From the human T2T-CHM13v2.0 reference genome, Homo sapiens: a stretch of 64,000 nucleotides of DNA. The notes under the pieces were generated by a model, which did not search any database, was not told the DNA's origin, and saw only the letters and a list, made by a program, of their open reading frames with translations. The stretch lies in NCBI RefSeq assembly GCF_009914755.1, contig NC_060935.1. One strand, given 5' to 3'. The position numbers and the translations under genes were made by a program. Each line of letters starts with the position of its first letter. Within the stretch, counting starts at the first letter, position 1. Shown piece after piece: positions 40,091-54,490 of this stretch.

Positions 40091-40397
40091 TTTGTTTGTT
40101 TGTTTGTTTTAAGACAGGGTCTCACTCTGTCACCCAGGGTGGAGAGTAGTGGCGCCATCTCAGCTTACTGCAACCTAGACTTCTGGGCTCAAAGTATCCT
40201 CCCACCTCACCCTCCTGATTAGATGGGACAATAGGTGTGCTCTACCACGCTTGGCCATTTTTTTTCTTTTAATTTTTTTGTAGGGATGGGATTTCACCAT
40301 GTTGCCCAGGCTGGTCATGAACTCCTGAGCTCAAGCAGTCCGCTCACCTCGGCCTACCAAAGTGCTGGGTTTACAGGTGTGGGCCACCACATCTGGT
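40091..40397 (-). mobile_element. AluJ (AluJb-like)
   Basis: (TTTG)n tail then AGACAGGGTCTCACTCTGTCACCCAGG...ACTCCTGAGCTCAAGC; short TSD TTCAAG. Confidence 0.92.
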
Positions 40398-41062
40398 TCA
40401 AGAATTCTTTATATATTCTGGATAGAAGTTATTTTTTAGATATGTCACTCGCAAATATTTTTCTTCCTCTCTGTAAGTTATCTTTTTATTCTCTTTACAG
40501 TGACTTTCATAGAGTAGAACTTTCTGATTTTAATAATTTCAATTTATCAATTTGGAATTCCATAGGTCATATTTTTGGTGTCGTATCTAAGAATCTTTGC
40601 TTTGATGTTTTTACCAGTAGGTATGGCATTAACTTACAGGTATTTTTAGATGCCCTTTATTATATTTAGGAACTTCCTCGCATTTTTATTCTGAAGAGTT
40701 TTTATCCGAATGAGATATTAGATATTTTCAAGCACCTTTCCTGTGCCTATGAAAATAAGCATACATTTTCTCCGATAAGAGAGAGATTACTAAAATTTTG
40801 TTTATAATTTTTTCATGTATATGCATTAAGAATTTAGGTCTATAATTTTATTTTTGTAGTAACTTGGTGTGGTTTTGGTATCAGGGTAATACTGATACTT
40901 TACAATACTGGCTTTATAAAATTAGTAGAGAAATACTCTTTTTTGAAATTTCTGGAATTATTTGTTAGAATTGGTATAATTTTTTCCATGCATGTTTGCT
41001 AGACATGCAAACATCTACAGATAAGGCCATCCAGGCCTGGAGCTTTATGTGTGGGAAGGTTT

Positions 41063-41590
41063 TGTCAAAAACGAGGTAGGGGCTGAGATTTTAGCCAACA
41101 TGCAAGCCAACAATTTAGCCTGCCACAGTTTTGTGAATGCAGAAAGAGGACACAAGACAACTTGACTACTCACAGCACAGGAAGCATCATAAGTATTACC
41201 ATATTTGTGTCATTTCCCTTTTCACTTAAGTTCATATGTTATCCTGTTGGACCCGGATAGCTGCCTGCATATGCAATGAGCTGTGTTATTTGAGAGGAAC
41301 CTTTAGTTAATGAAACTCACATATTTTTTTCCGTGGTCTGTAGACACTTTGTTGCCATCCTGAACAGTAGGTGAGCCTGTCTTTTCCTCTAGAGGCAGAT
41401 ACTATCTCTGTCCTCTGAGACTGTAAGGAAACATTCTCTAACCTCCCAAGGCTGACATTGCCTCTATCTTCCAAGACTGTTTGCTCTTTAAACATTGTTA
41501 AAAATGTTATCTGAAACAAAGGGCAGTTAGTGCCTCTCTGCTCAAAAGATATGCAGATATGAAGAAACCCATAGAAAATTCTCTCTTACA
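41063..41590 (-). mobile_element. ERVL solo LTR of the MER76/MER54/LTR53 group, inserted in L1
   Basis: TG...CA termini; minus strand TGTAAGAGAGAATTTTCTATGGGTTTCTTCATATCTGCATATCTTTTGAGCAGAGAGGCACTAACTGCCCTTTGTT; L1 sequence is contiguous across the insert. Exact family uncertain. Confidence 0.65.
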
Positions 41591-41816
41591 GGGTGTTAAA
41601 TACAAATTCAATTCCTTTAATAATATAAAGCTCTTCAGGTGTTATATTCCTTCTTGAGTGTGCTTTGGAATGCAATTTTTCTATTTCATCTAATTTGTTG
41701 AACACATTTACATAAAGTTTTTCATAACATTCTTTTACTATCCTTTTACTGTCTGTTGAATCCGTCACCTTTGGTAACCTTAGAACTACTCTATATTTTC
41801 ATATCTATACAGAGCA

Positions 41817-41859
<43 letters not shown>
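41817..41859 (+). repeat. (GA)n/(GACA)n microsatellite
   Basis: Direct reading. Confidence 0.9.
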
Positions 41860-42018
41860 TGGTAATAAATGCTGCTTCCTTTAATAAAGTATGTGTTTGT
41901 ATATATGCATATATGTGTGTTCATGTGTATGGTGTTTGGCAAGACCCCCTTGATGATAAGCAATAGAAATCTAATTTATAATTCTAAATATTTTAGGCAA
42001 ACTTAGAGGGGGTTTTCA

Positions 42019-42364
<346 letters not shown>

Positions 42365-43077
42365 TTAAAACTCAAGAAGAAAAGGTGTTTAGTTTAGCTG
42401 ACCCTCAGGACCCTGAATACTGCCAGTACTTACTTTATACATATTCTATGCTTTTATCAGTGGATCATCTTAATTTGTTTCTCTCTGAAAACTGGGTTCT
42501 CCGATATGGTAAGAAACATTGCCACTGACAGGTTCGAAATTTCATATCTCATAGCATATGCTCAGATAGGATTGACCTATGGGGTGTTTAATCTCCAATT
42601 CCAAAATTGACAAAGTGCTATGATATGTAAGAGATAAATCCCAGGTAGGCTGGGGAGAGTCATGACAGAAATCACAGAGGAGTCTCGTGTTTTGGAGACT
42701 CTATTAGTGCAGGCATCAAGCTCAGGCAGCCAATGTGTAGAGAATATGTAATACTGGTCTCTAATTCCAAGTAAAAATAAGTTGACTTATATGTATAACA
42801 TGCACCTAAAAGGGTATATGAGAAAAAGTAGTGCTTCTCTGGCACTCCTCTGTCCTCAGTTCTACACACCTCAATGCATTTGAGTACATTTAATTTAGTA
42901 TCTTTAGTGTCCTCCTGAATGTTCATGTTAGCAAGATTTTGCCCTATATTAGTTATCATGGGAACCCTTTCTCCATCATTATGGTCATGTGAATTTGAAA
43001 ACATCTACTATCTATGATGTTCAGTTATATCATGTGAAATATGAGGAACTGATTATACAAGCTTGATATGTCAATAC

Positions 43078-43344
43078 CAGTGATACAAGTATCACCAAAT
43101 ATTGAATCCAACCATCAAATATATTCTGTTTGGCCTGTACTGTATTAATTTATTTTTGAATGAAAACTTGTGATTATCTGGCTCAGTTGAATACAGAAAT
43201 GCAAAACATAAATCTGGAGCCAAGTAGTGGTCACCTCCTTTAAAAAGACATGCTCTCTATCTTCTATTTCTGTCCCTATTTAACTGGAATCACTGTGAGG
43301 TGGTACCATTTGACCTTGTCAGGTATTTGATATTGTGAACCCTG
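43078..43344 (-). mobile_element. MER102-like hAT-Charlie element
   Basis: CTGGAGCCAAGTAGTGGTCACCTCCTTTA...CAGGTATTTGATATTGTGAACCCTG. Confidence 0.6.
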
Positions 43345-43963
43345 GTTAATTGGAACGATGAATGCGAAAATTCTTAGCCTTCCTTCTGTTGAAAGAGGTT
43401 TCTAAATTTGAATTCTGAAAATTATTTTTATTGCCCTCACTCATCTATAAAATTGTTAAGTTCCTTGAACACAGAGATTATGTCTATGTAATTTGTGAAT
43501 TCTTCACATCACTTAATACATTGCCCATGAGAAAAAAATTCTTGAAAGCAATATTTGGTAAAAATTATTTAGCATTTCTCTTTCTGTCCATTGTACTTTC
43601 AGATTCAAGGGCTTATGGGTTCCACCCTCATCCAGAGGGCTCTTTCCCAGGCTTCTTACAGGTGCGGGGGAGAAGTCCAGAAACCAGGATCTGTAATAAT
43701 CACTTGGTCCTGACATCTATGATATTATAAATACTACACAGAAAATTTTGTTCTTCAAAAATGTTACGAAGACAGAAAAATAACTAGTTTAGAATAGCTA
43801 AACCTGAATCCAGATTTCCAATATAACTTTCTAATACTTTTAATTCTTCGAATTCATTCTCTCTGAATTCTTTGTTAAATATAGCTAAAAATATGATAGC
43901 AAGTTTTGATGAGGAATTGAAAATCAAATGGTAAGGCAGATATATCTGAATTAACTGAAGCAA

Positions 43964-44027
43964 GTGTGTGTATGTGCACGTGTGTGTGTACGTGTGTGTG
44001 CACGTGTGTGTGTACGCACGTGTGTGT
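43964..44027. repeat. 64-bp alternating purine-pyrimidine (TG/CACG) tract
   Basis: Direct reading; contains CACGTG at 43977, 44001 and 44017. Confidence 0.9.
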
Positions 44028-44388
44028 CCACACATGTGCATGCATGTCCTCCCTCACTGCTATTTATGTAATTTTACCTCAGGATGGCATCAAAATTTCC
44101 CTCTATAAAATTCTTATTTTGAAAACTGTATGCTATTTAGACAAGGATAGCAAGACAAACAAGTAAAAATTAAAACTGTAACCAAAGACCTCTGCTTATC
44201 CTCATTTGCTACAAAATAATATTGATATTCGTATCTTAATTTATAGCTATGACTATATCCACAATTATATCTCTATATAAATTTATAGTATCCTATTTAT
44301 TCGAATTCTAATTTTTTATTTCCAAATTATTAAAAGCATTGCATTCAAATTTCCTAAATAATGTGTCTATTTTGAAAATCTAATAGAG

Positions 44389-44598
44389 CAGGAGTAGGCA
44401 AACTACTACTGGCCTTCTGCCCAGTTTTCTAAAGAAAATTTTATTGGAATACAGCTATGCCTGTTCAATTACATGTTACTCATGGCTGTTTTCACACTAC
44501 AAATAGGGAGTAGAGTAGTTGTAACAGACACCATGTGGCTCACACAGCCTAAGAAAATTTAGAAACTGATGTTTAGAGAAAAAGTCTACCAACTCTTC
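44389..44598 (+). mobile_element. MER58A hAT-Charlie MITE
   Basis: CAGGAGTAGGCAAACTAC...TTTTATTGGAATACAGC...GAGTAGTTGTAACAGACACCATGTGGCTCAC. Confidence 0.8.
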
Positions 44599-46054
44599 CA
44601 TTAGATAATAGTAAGGAAATAATAATTATGACATATAAGGTATGTTCAGGTGTAAAAGTTCACACACATACACACACATGCACAAACATATACAGAGAAA
44701 GAGAGGAAGCCACTTTCGTGGTAATTTGGGACCTGAGGTTGATTTTATTTTGTTTCTATTTAAAACCAATAATTTGTTAGTAAGCATTTTTTTTCTTGCT
44801 TGCAGAGCTCTTGATATAGAATTGTTTGCTCTAGTCTTAATATTTTTATTGTAAATAAACATGTTTTTGAGCAATATTATATCAGTAATCTCATGGTTTC
44901 ATGTGTTCCTGAAATATTTTTCTATAAATATCTTTGCTATAAAATTACTGATGACCCCAAATAAACCAGGAGAAACCTAGAGATGTATCTGTCCTCAAAT
45001 GATATGTTGATACCATCAGTAGCACTGGAATTAGAAATATAACTATTACTTTTCCTTCAAAGTTCACACGAACCTATTAAGATGGCTTATATAATAACAT
45101 TACAAATCATCAGGTGAAGGATTACATAAAACTAACCATAATTATTGACCTGAAATCTTAAAATTTCCCCTCATGTATTATTTTCAATTACTTAATGACA
45201 TGTTTGTTCCATTTGAAAATATTACCTAACCATAATGGCAGGAGTCAAGTGCTGATTCAGGTTTTTGAAAGGAAAGCATTCCTAATTTTGATTACCAAAG
45301 CAAAATACATATATCAGTAAAAAGGTAAGGATTAAATGTACTGGCATATTTAGTCAGTATCTTATTGTTATATATAAAAAGCACAGTGAGAAGTACTTTG
45401 TTATTTTAACTGTGAATCTGTCAGTGTTTAAAGGTAACGCCTAAGGAAGAAAAATTGGTTGATTTTAATATCATTTGTTTCTTATTTAATGAAAATAAAA
45501 GTTTTATCCATTAAAGACAGGGTGGCTCTACCCAATTCATTATGTGTTTATTTCTAATTATTTATTCATAGCATATTGAAATAATTTAAAACAAAAGGAA
45601 AATTAGCAGTCATAAAATTAGCCCACTCTACTTTTTCATAGCAGACATTCTAGACATATGCTTTATATTTTCAGAAAATGAATTTTGGAAAAAGGCCAGT
45701 ACAAATATGTAAAATTAGGAAATATTTTATTCTAGTTTTGTCATTCAAATAAAGATACCTTGAATAAATCACAGTATCACTCCATGGGAAGATATAAATC
45801 ACACATGCCCAAATATAAGAAAAGAGGTGTTTTTTTCCTCCTCATAAATTATCTCTCAAGGAAGAGTTAATGTGCATGCCTCATCAAACACACACAGTGA
45901 CATCCCTCCTGTTCAATGCATGAGCCATGCCTGTTCCAACCTAATGTCAAATCCTTAATGGTGCACCAGTTCTCACTCCATGTCTCTCGTTCAATTGATT
46001 TTTCTCTCGCATTTTTTTCTATATCCTCTATATTTAAATTTTTCCTTCTTTTAT

Positions 46055-46245
46055 AGTTAATAATATATAATGCTTACAATGTGCCAAGAAAACTTCAAGG
46101 TGCTTTACACATGTCTTGATTTTGTAATCCTTATTTAATCCTATGGTTTACCATTATCAAATCCATTTTACAGATAAAGGAATTAAGCCAGAATTTGAAT
46201 CCAGGAAATGCGGCCCCAGATTCTATGATCTTAAACACTGAACTA
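46055..46245 (-). mobile_element. MIR SINE
   Basis: TGCTTACAATGTGCCAAG...CCATTTTACAGATAAAGGAATTAAG...GAATTTGAATCCAGG. Confidence 0.75.
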
Positions 46246-46289
46246 TTATGTTCTTCTTAAGCAGAAAAACAAAAAACTGTAAAACCTCC

Positions 46290-46770
46290 CATCTTTAAAC
46301 AAACAAAGCAAAGAATGCCCTCCCTTGATTCCCACACTGTCCTCTAGCTATAAACTCACTTCTTGTCTAGGTCAGCAATTACCTCTTTTGCCAAATGGAA
46401 TTCTTTGTAAACGTCATACTCAAGTAATCAGCAGCCTTTAACATGGTAGTTTATTCTTTTAAAATATAAATCAAGACCTGTCACTCCCTTCTTGCATAGA
46501 CCCTTCCATTGGCTTCCAGTCACATTTAGAGGAACTCTAACTTATCATGGTATATATCATGGTATATGAGGCTCTGCTACAGGGGGCTTTGGCTATCTCT
46601 CAATCTCACATCCTACCTCTCTCCTCCTCGATGGTATTCTGAAAACCGCAGTATGCTCCTTCTTCAGGTCTTTTGCCCTGTTGTTCTTTCTGAATGAGAA
46701 TACTGCAGGCTGTACTTTTATAAGTTTTTCTGTCTTCAAGGCTTTGAGTTAAGTTCATTTTACTTGGCTT
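46290..46770 (+). mobile_element. L2 fragment
   Basis: TCTTTTAAAATATAAATCAAGACCTGTCACTCCC...CCCTTCCATTGGCTTCC. Confidence 0.65.
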
Positions 46771-47094
46771 AATCTGACCAGAAAATCTGTAAAAGACAGA
46801 GGTACGGAAAAGAGCTTCATTAGCCTCAGTTGTTTCATGAATCAAATGGCTGTGCTTTGTAGACAGATCATCTAATTTAATTTACTAGACTTTGCTTAAA
46901 ATCAGAAAACATGGGTTAAAGCCCGATATTATCATTTATTGATCAGAACATTTGTGCTGGAATAAAAAGTATTCTTAGTGCTTTCTGAGGAGACTGTGTT
47001 TACATATATAGTTTCCGGTGGCTATGCATACAGATACACATACACACACATACAAACATGAGATACAAATATGAGAGAAAGAGACCCAGAAAGA

Positions 47095-47180
47095 GAGATG
47101 GAGAAAAGGAGAGAGGAGAAGGAAAGGGGAGGAAAGGAAGGAAAGGGAAAAGAAGGGAAGGGGAGGGGAAGGAAGAGGAT
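47095..47180 (+). repeat. GA-rich polypurine low-complexity tract
   Basis: GAGAAAAGGAGAGAGGAGAAGGAAAGGGGAGGAAAGGAAGG... Confidence 0.85.
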
Positions 47181-47569
47181 GAAATTATGAAATTACCTCT
47201 ATGTTTAAATAAAAATGTTAATCACCTCTTTTAGCTCAATGCATATGCATTTTAATTTCCTGTGGGGTATCATTTCTTCTTTGCTTTTAAATTAATAGCT
47301 TACTATTCGCCTAAAACTAGAAAAATCCCCTACAATTTAAAATAGATGACAATCTACATATCTATACATGTATATTTAATTTCATTATTACTTAACTTGA
47401 AAGATTTCTATGAATTTTAAGAGAGAACAGTGTTTATAACACGCATGACATATAGTAAGCAATGAACACTCATTTTAGTAATTTATTTACTTATTGTAAT
47501 ATATTCATGACTACTGTTAGTTTTAGCTAAACTACTAAGGGAGCTTCTATGATCAACTTTCTCAACAAA

Positions 47570-48044
47570 AGTACTAGTTGTCATATTGCTATAAAGAAAT
47601 ACCTGAGACTGGGTAATTTATATTTAAAAAAAGTTTTAATTGGCTTACGGTTCCTCAAGCTATATAGGAAACACAGTGGCATCTGCTTCTAAGGAAGCCT
47701 CAGGAAGTTTACAATTATGGCAGAAGCTGAATGGGGAGCAGGCACATCACATGGCAAAAGCAGGAGAGAGGGGGTAGGGGGAAGAAGTGCAACACACTTT
47801 TAAGCAACCAGATCTCCCAAAAACGCATACATACAAACATGAGACACAAAGATGAAAGAGAGAGCCAGAAAGAAAAAGAGAACAACTCACTGTCACAAGA
47901 ACAGTATCAAGAGGACGGTGTTAAACCATTCATGAGAAATCCACCTCCACGTTTCAATCACCCTCCATTAGGACCCACCTCCAACATTGGAAATTGACAA
48001 TTCAACATGAGATTTGGTCAGGAACACATAGTCAAACTATGTCA
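47570..48044 (-). mobile_element. MSTB-like MaLR solo LTR carrying a ~60-bp foreign insert
   Basis: ATTGCTATAAAGAAATACCTGAGACTGGGTAATTTAT...AAACCATTCATGAGAAATCC...TTCAACATGAGATTTGG...AAACTATGTCA. Confidence 0.9.
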
Positions 48045-48336
48045 CTCTTTAAGAATGTAAAGTGCATACATTACCCTAAAGACAATAGGAACATAACATT
48101 TAAGTGGCATCTCCAAAGGAAGTTCTCATTCTCTATAGAAATTTCACATTTCAATTTCTTAAAGTGAATAAAATTTGTAGAAATAACCTCAGTTAACTTT
48201 TAAATAATGCCATGACCCCACAGTATCAGAATACAGTTGATGGCCTTCTCTAGAGAGGTTTCTTACTATGCCAAAATCTTCATACCTTAAAACCTATAAG
48301 GCAGTTTCTTTTCATTTGCTTAAAAAGCAGGTAACT

Positions 48337-48630
48337 GGCCGGGCATGGTGGCTCACGCCTGTAGTCCCAGCACTTTGGGAGTCTGAGGCGGGCAGATTAC
48401 CTAAGGTCTGGAGTTTGAGACCAGCTGGCCAACATGGTGAAACCCCGTCTCTACTAAAAATACAAAACTTAGCCAGGTGTGTGTGCCTGTAATACCATCT
48501 ACTTGGGAGGCTAAGGCAGGAGAACAGCTTGAACCCAGGAGGCGGAGGTTGCAGTGAACCAAGATCGTGCCACTACAACACTCCACCTGGGCTACAAGAG
48601 CAAAACGCCATCTCAAAAAAAAAAAAAAAA
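48337..48630 (+). mobile_element. AluSq/Sp-like
   Basis: Full dimer, ACAAGAGCAAAAC 3' diagnostic, poly(A); degenerate TSD AAAAAGCAGGTAACT / AAAAAGGCAGATAGCT. Confidence 0.92.
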
Positions 48631-49498
48631 GGCAGATAGCTTATCAATGCAACATTTTATATTTTGATGTTTTATTTACTAAGACATAACATAAAACTAG
48701 TGAGAATTAACAAATTATCATATTTTTGGGGAAAAGCAGATTCTATTTTGAAATACATGATCAATGCTGAATTATCTTTCCATGAAAGACAGTCCCACAT
48801 TTCAGAGCATGATCATTTTTGCTTACAAGTTACAGCCATTTTGAAAATCAAGAGTAAACAACTGAAGACATGCAATAAAAATTACATACTTTAATATGTC
48901 CTGCTATTTCAGTTTCTTTATTTTTCTTATTCCTTGTGCTGTGGTTGGGAGCCCTAAAAAAACCCCAATGGTACCAGTTTTGTGTCTCTGGCCTGTTGGG
49001 CTTCTGGTTCCCTTCCCCTGAGCCCAATCCTAAGTCAACCAGTTTAAGGTCTGGGAAATCAACTCCTTCCAGTTTGGAGGATGCATCTGAGGGGAGTGTC
49101 CTATAGTAAGGAGACACAATTACCTATCTGTGAAGAGAGAACCCAGGAGAAGAAAGAAAAAAAGAAAGCGTTTTTTTCAAAGAAGTCCCAGGGATTTAGG
49201 ATGCATTCTAAAGGGGTACAGACTGAAGATGAATGGCTACCCATCTAGAAAGAGGGCAGCAGACATGCCTGGTTCCCTTCTCTTTACAGCAGATACTTGA
49301 GGCACATGAGGAAGACAGGGAAGAGTGTTCTCTTTCCCTCTTCCGTCCTTGCATCCCCAAGTTCCAGTGACCTTGGCAGGGACCACCACGGGTACCAAAG
49401 CAGCCTGCGCCCATGAGCAGAGAAGCTTAGAGAATAGGAATTATCTGCTCTCACCTATGTCTCTTTCCCACCCTAGACCTCATTTATGCCATGGATAT

Positions 49499-50511
<1,013 letters not shown>

Positions 50512-53464
50512 ATATTAATGTGGCCTTTATCAATGAAACAGCCTCGGCTTGGCGTAATCGGCACGAATCAGCCACACACACCTGCGCTGCTGCCTTTTAA
50601 CTTCCGTTATCATCTGCCTCTGAAGCCCTCAGATCCAGTTTTCTTTCCTAGGGCTTTGACCCGAAGCTTGGGATTGAGTCCGGGACAAAAATGTGTCTTG
50701 GGGGGTGGTTGCATGGACTCCTTAATGTAAGTCGAATGCTGATGTGAAACTGTGGAACTGAGTCCTCCTCCAACAAGGGAGAGAAAAGGATGTCTTGTTA
50801 ACACACTCAGATAACCGGTACCTATAGTTATTCTTCCTAGGATTTGGGTGCATGGTGCTTAGCTTTGGTTAGTTCCCTTGGTGTTACTGTCTCCAAGGAA
50901 AACCCCTGGGGTGATGGGCACCCTATTTATTCCTATCACCTGGAAGGATTTGCAGGGTAATTTCTCTGAACTGGAATACTGATCCAGATTTTTACATTAC
51001 CCATCCCCTTTTGTTCTTTCTGAGCTTCCACTGGAGATTGCTGATAGGTTCACAGGAATAAGCAGGGTTAGTCTAAAATGTAGGCAAAAACTTAAAAACA
51101 ACTAGTGAGTTTAGAATTTAATGACAAACGTACGATACGTTTTGAAACATGATTTCTCTCTCTCCAGTCCATTTTTGTTAAAAAATCATCACAGGACTGG
51201 TTTGCAAAATAGACTTTAGTCTTATACTTCGACTGATTATTTGCATAAAGTGCAGCAAGAATAATTATTTCAACAGAGGCCTTTTGAATTGGCTTTGATG
51301 GAAGTTTGTTCCACAAGTAATCTCAGATAAAACCTTCTAAAGCCAAGCTCAACAATGGGTTTGCATTCTCAAACACCTGTGAGTTGGGTGATCCTTTCCT
51401 CTTAAGGTCCCATAATAAACTTCGAGCTCCTAGACCTGTTAGAAAGTGACATTCTTTACCGACCACAGGTCAGGAACCCTGTACAGGGACTGCATAGACA
51501 GGGGTATGAGGCCAGTTTCCCCACTGGGCTTTTATTGGCTCCAGAAGTGGAGATTGACTCCTTAAAGGGAAGCATACCCTTCCAGTCAAAGCCTTTGTAA
51601 AATAACCAGTTTCTCCAATTGTGTTCTGTTGCAAAAGAAAAATGGGTTCTTATTGCACTGATGCAAACAACTATATTGCCATAAGAATACTCACAGATGG
51701 TTTCCAAATTCTAGAAGAACCAGGCAGAGAGAAACAAACATGCTCCAAATTTTGATCACAGGAGTGTACACCTTAATTATTAAAGGCTGTAAATAGTTCA
51801 AAATAAGCTTTCTTGACTCTGAAAAACAAAGATCAGCAATATTCCAAGCAAAAGTCAGAAAGACTTGCCTCAGCTTCCTGAATTCAGTCCATTTAGTTAA
51901 CTCTTGTTTTACTTGATATTTGTGAACATTTCAACTCTTTTTCAGTCCTGTACATTTTCCTTTATTCTAATGTTACAACCTTCAAAGTTATCACAAGTCT
52001 GTATTTGAGAGCACCTGTTTAAGTTCTATAGCTTATTATAAACCGTCTTTTGAAAAGGATTAAAATAAGACAACAATTGTCTGTGAAGAGCAAAATGTCC
52101 AGGGTAGTTACACTTAGAAACACGATTGACAAAGAAGTTTGGTTACCTCCGTGGTTTACAAACTTAACAACCTTGATTATAATTGATAGTATATACTTAG
52201 ACACTAGAATTTTAGAAATCCCATACAATTTTGGAACATATATTAGCATTATTTACCAACATATAACCTAAAGAATATTGAACATCATTTTGGCCAGCCC
52301 ATATACATAAACATGTCAAATAATCCTGTTTACCTCTCTTTTCTGGACATTCCAGGAGTCCCTGGACTATCCCAAAAGCCAGGTGTCAGGAAAAACAATT
52401 TTGAAACTTAAGTTTGATTTTGGGAAGCCTGTTAAATGTGTTCAAGGTTCAAAGCACTTCATATTATGAAACAGAAGTCCAGATTACCATAAGTTATTTT
52501 GCCAAAATGACTCAAAAAGTTTAAAAAAGCAAAAGCCTTTTATAACCCTTTACAAATTTTGTCAAAGGACAGATTAGCACCTTAAGAAAACCTTGTTATG
52601 CTTTTATTTCAATGCTCAATTTACAGAAAAACCACATAATACCCTTTTGCATTTAGTCAGTACGTTCACACAGAGAACCTGTTCTGCAGGATTAATCTCC
52701 AAAACTTTTGCACCACTTGTTTGAACCTTCAGCTTTCCTATCTAACTCAAAACAATCCTTTAACCCTAGGGAAAAATTTACATTTCCAAGCCTTCTTATA
52801 ACCTTTTACTAAAAAACACATTTTATTGTTCTTACACCCCTTGCATTCAATCTATTTTCAATAGTTTCATTTATATGTTATAATGGTAACACCCAGCAAC
52901 TTTTAACTTTCAGGTAAAAAGGGGTAAGTTGCTTTAATTGTGTGTTAAGTGCAGCCAAGTTTGACTCCAGTTTAATTAAAGGCGTGGCTAGTTCCGTATG
53001 TCCCCAGGCCTTACCAATTGAGAAGGCCAGCAAATTAAATAGTTCTCAAAACACAAAAAGCAGTTTGTAACCTCAAAACATTTAGCAAACCTTGCATCTG
53101 ACCTTCATAATTTAGCCCACCTATTTACATTTTGATGACATCTACTTTTTACCAATAACCTTTAAGGTTGTTTCTACTTATCAAAGATTAAAGTCACATG
53201 AACTGAAAGGTACCACAGCTTTTATCTTCCCTTTAAAAAATGTTAGATCCAAGCGCTTGTCTTTCTTTAGGCGAAATTAATCAGAGCTCTTTTTACAGAC
53301 ATCACACACAGTACACACACAGGCAGAAGAAAACCCCGTCCCCACAAGTTCATTTTTTACAACCAAAACTTTACAAATATAAATAGTGATAGTTGGGGGA
53401 TCTGGCCTAGTAAAACGTCTCCTAGAAGGGGGAAAAAAAACCTTAAAAGTTAACTTGCTGATGA

Positions 53465-53818
<354 letters not shown>

Positions 53819-54144
53819 AGAACCTCTTAGTCTTATGCAACTGGTTCCTCCATCAGGGATAAAAGTTTAATTACTATCCAATGGAGTAAAACCCCTTGGC
53901 GGGGAAGGGGAAGGATGCACTGTGGCTGGGAACCAGACAGCGGCTGTGCATGACCCTTGGGTTATGCGTCCTAGCCCAGGCACATAGGGGAGGGGGAGCA
54001 AGGAGCCCCCACTCGCCTGTCTTTCCCGACCCCTATACAGGGGTTGGGGGCATTTTCCCCCTAATCTCAGAAGTTGGAGGATAGAAAGGCTTATAAACCA
54101 CAGTGAAAGGTTTTGAGTCCCCATTTCACTCACCGCTTCTCGAA

Positions 54145-54162
54145 CCCCCACGTTGTGCACCA
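54145..54162 (-). promoter_or_regulatory. Retroviral primer-binding site, tRNA-Lys(CTT)-type
   Basis: Minus strand TGGTGCACAACGTGGGGG vs TGGCGCCCAACGTGGGGC (15/18), 4 nt downstream of the LTR end. Confidence 0.75.
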
Positions 54163-54166
54163 AAAA

Positions 54167-54490
54167 TGTTGCAGGACTTTTTTTAAATTCAGTGAAAGAC
54201 AAGGTTCTTTGTCTTAGGGCCGCGAAAATTCAGGCTTACAGACAATTTGAATGGTAAGACAGGGTTTTATGGGGTGAGATCCTGTGAAAAGGAAGAAAAG
54301 GGGGAAACAGGGACTCTCGCTAGACCACAGCTCCGCCTAGCGCACTTCCCGCCAGCAGCTTGAATCCGAGGGTCCACACAGGAAGAGGAGGGGCCAGGCT
54401 CCTCCCCGCTGCAAAACTCCCAAAGGCTCCACCTCAGTGTGCGGGTTGGTTGAAGTTTTTCCGGGGACCCTCTCTCAACTGGCTGCCTCA
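54167..54490 (-). mobile_element. MER61A LTR (5' LTR of the provirus)
   Basis: Minus strand TGAGGCAGCCAG...GGGTCCCCGGAAAAACTTCAACC...GCAGCGGGGAGGAGCCTGGCCCCTCCTCTTCCTGTGTGG...AAGTCCTGCAACA. Confidence 0.88.

Larger units (their letters stand above)
39830..41770 (-). mobile_element. Old L1M (L1MC/ME-like) fragments hosting an AluJ and an LTR
   Basis: TTTTAACCATTCTCATCGGTGTGTAATAGTATCTCA; TCTTTATATATTCTGGATA; GGTTTTGGTATCAGGGTAATACTG; ORF 41586-41768 is degenerate ORF2 (KRIVKECYEKLYVNVFNKLDEIEK). Confidence 0.8.

Noticed and set aside
43784-44166. HT/CV-repeat ORFs
   Set aside because: Translations of the (TG)n-type microsatellite.
54167-54490. p53 response element reported for some MER61 subfamilies
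   Set aside because: No pair of RRRCWWGYYY half-sites visible in this LTR; the only clean half-site noticed (AGACATGCCT at 49261) is solitary.
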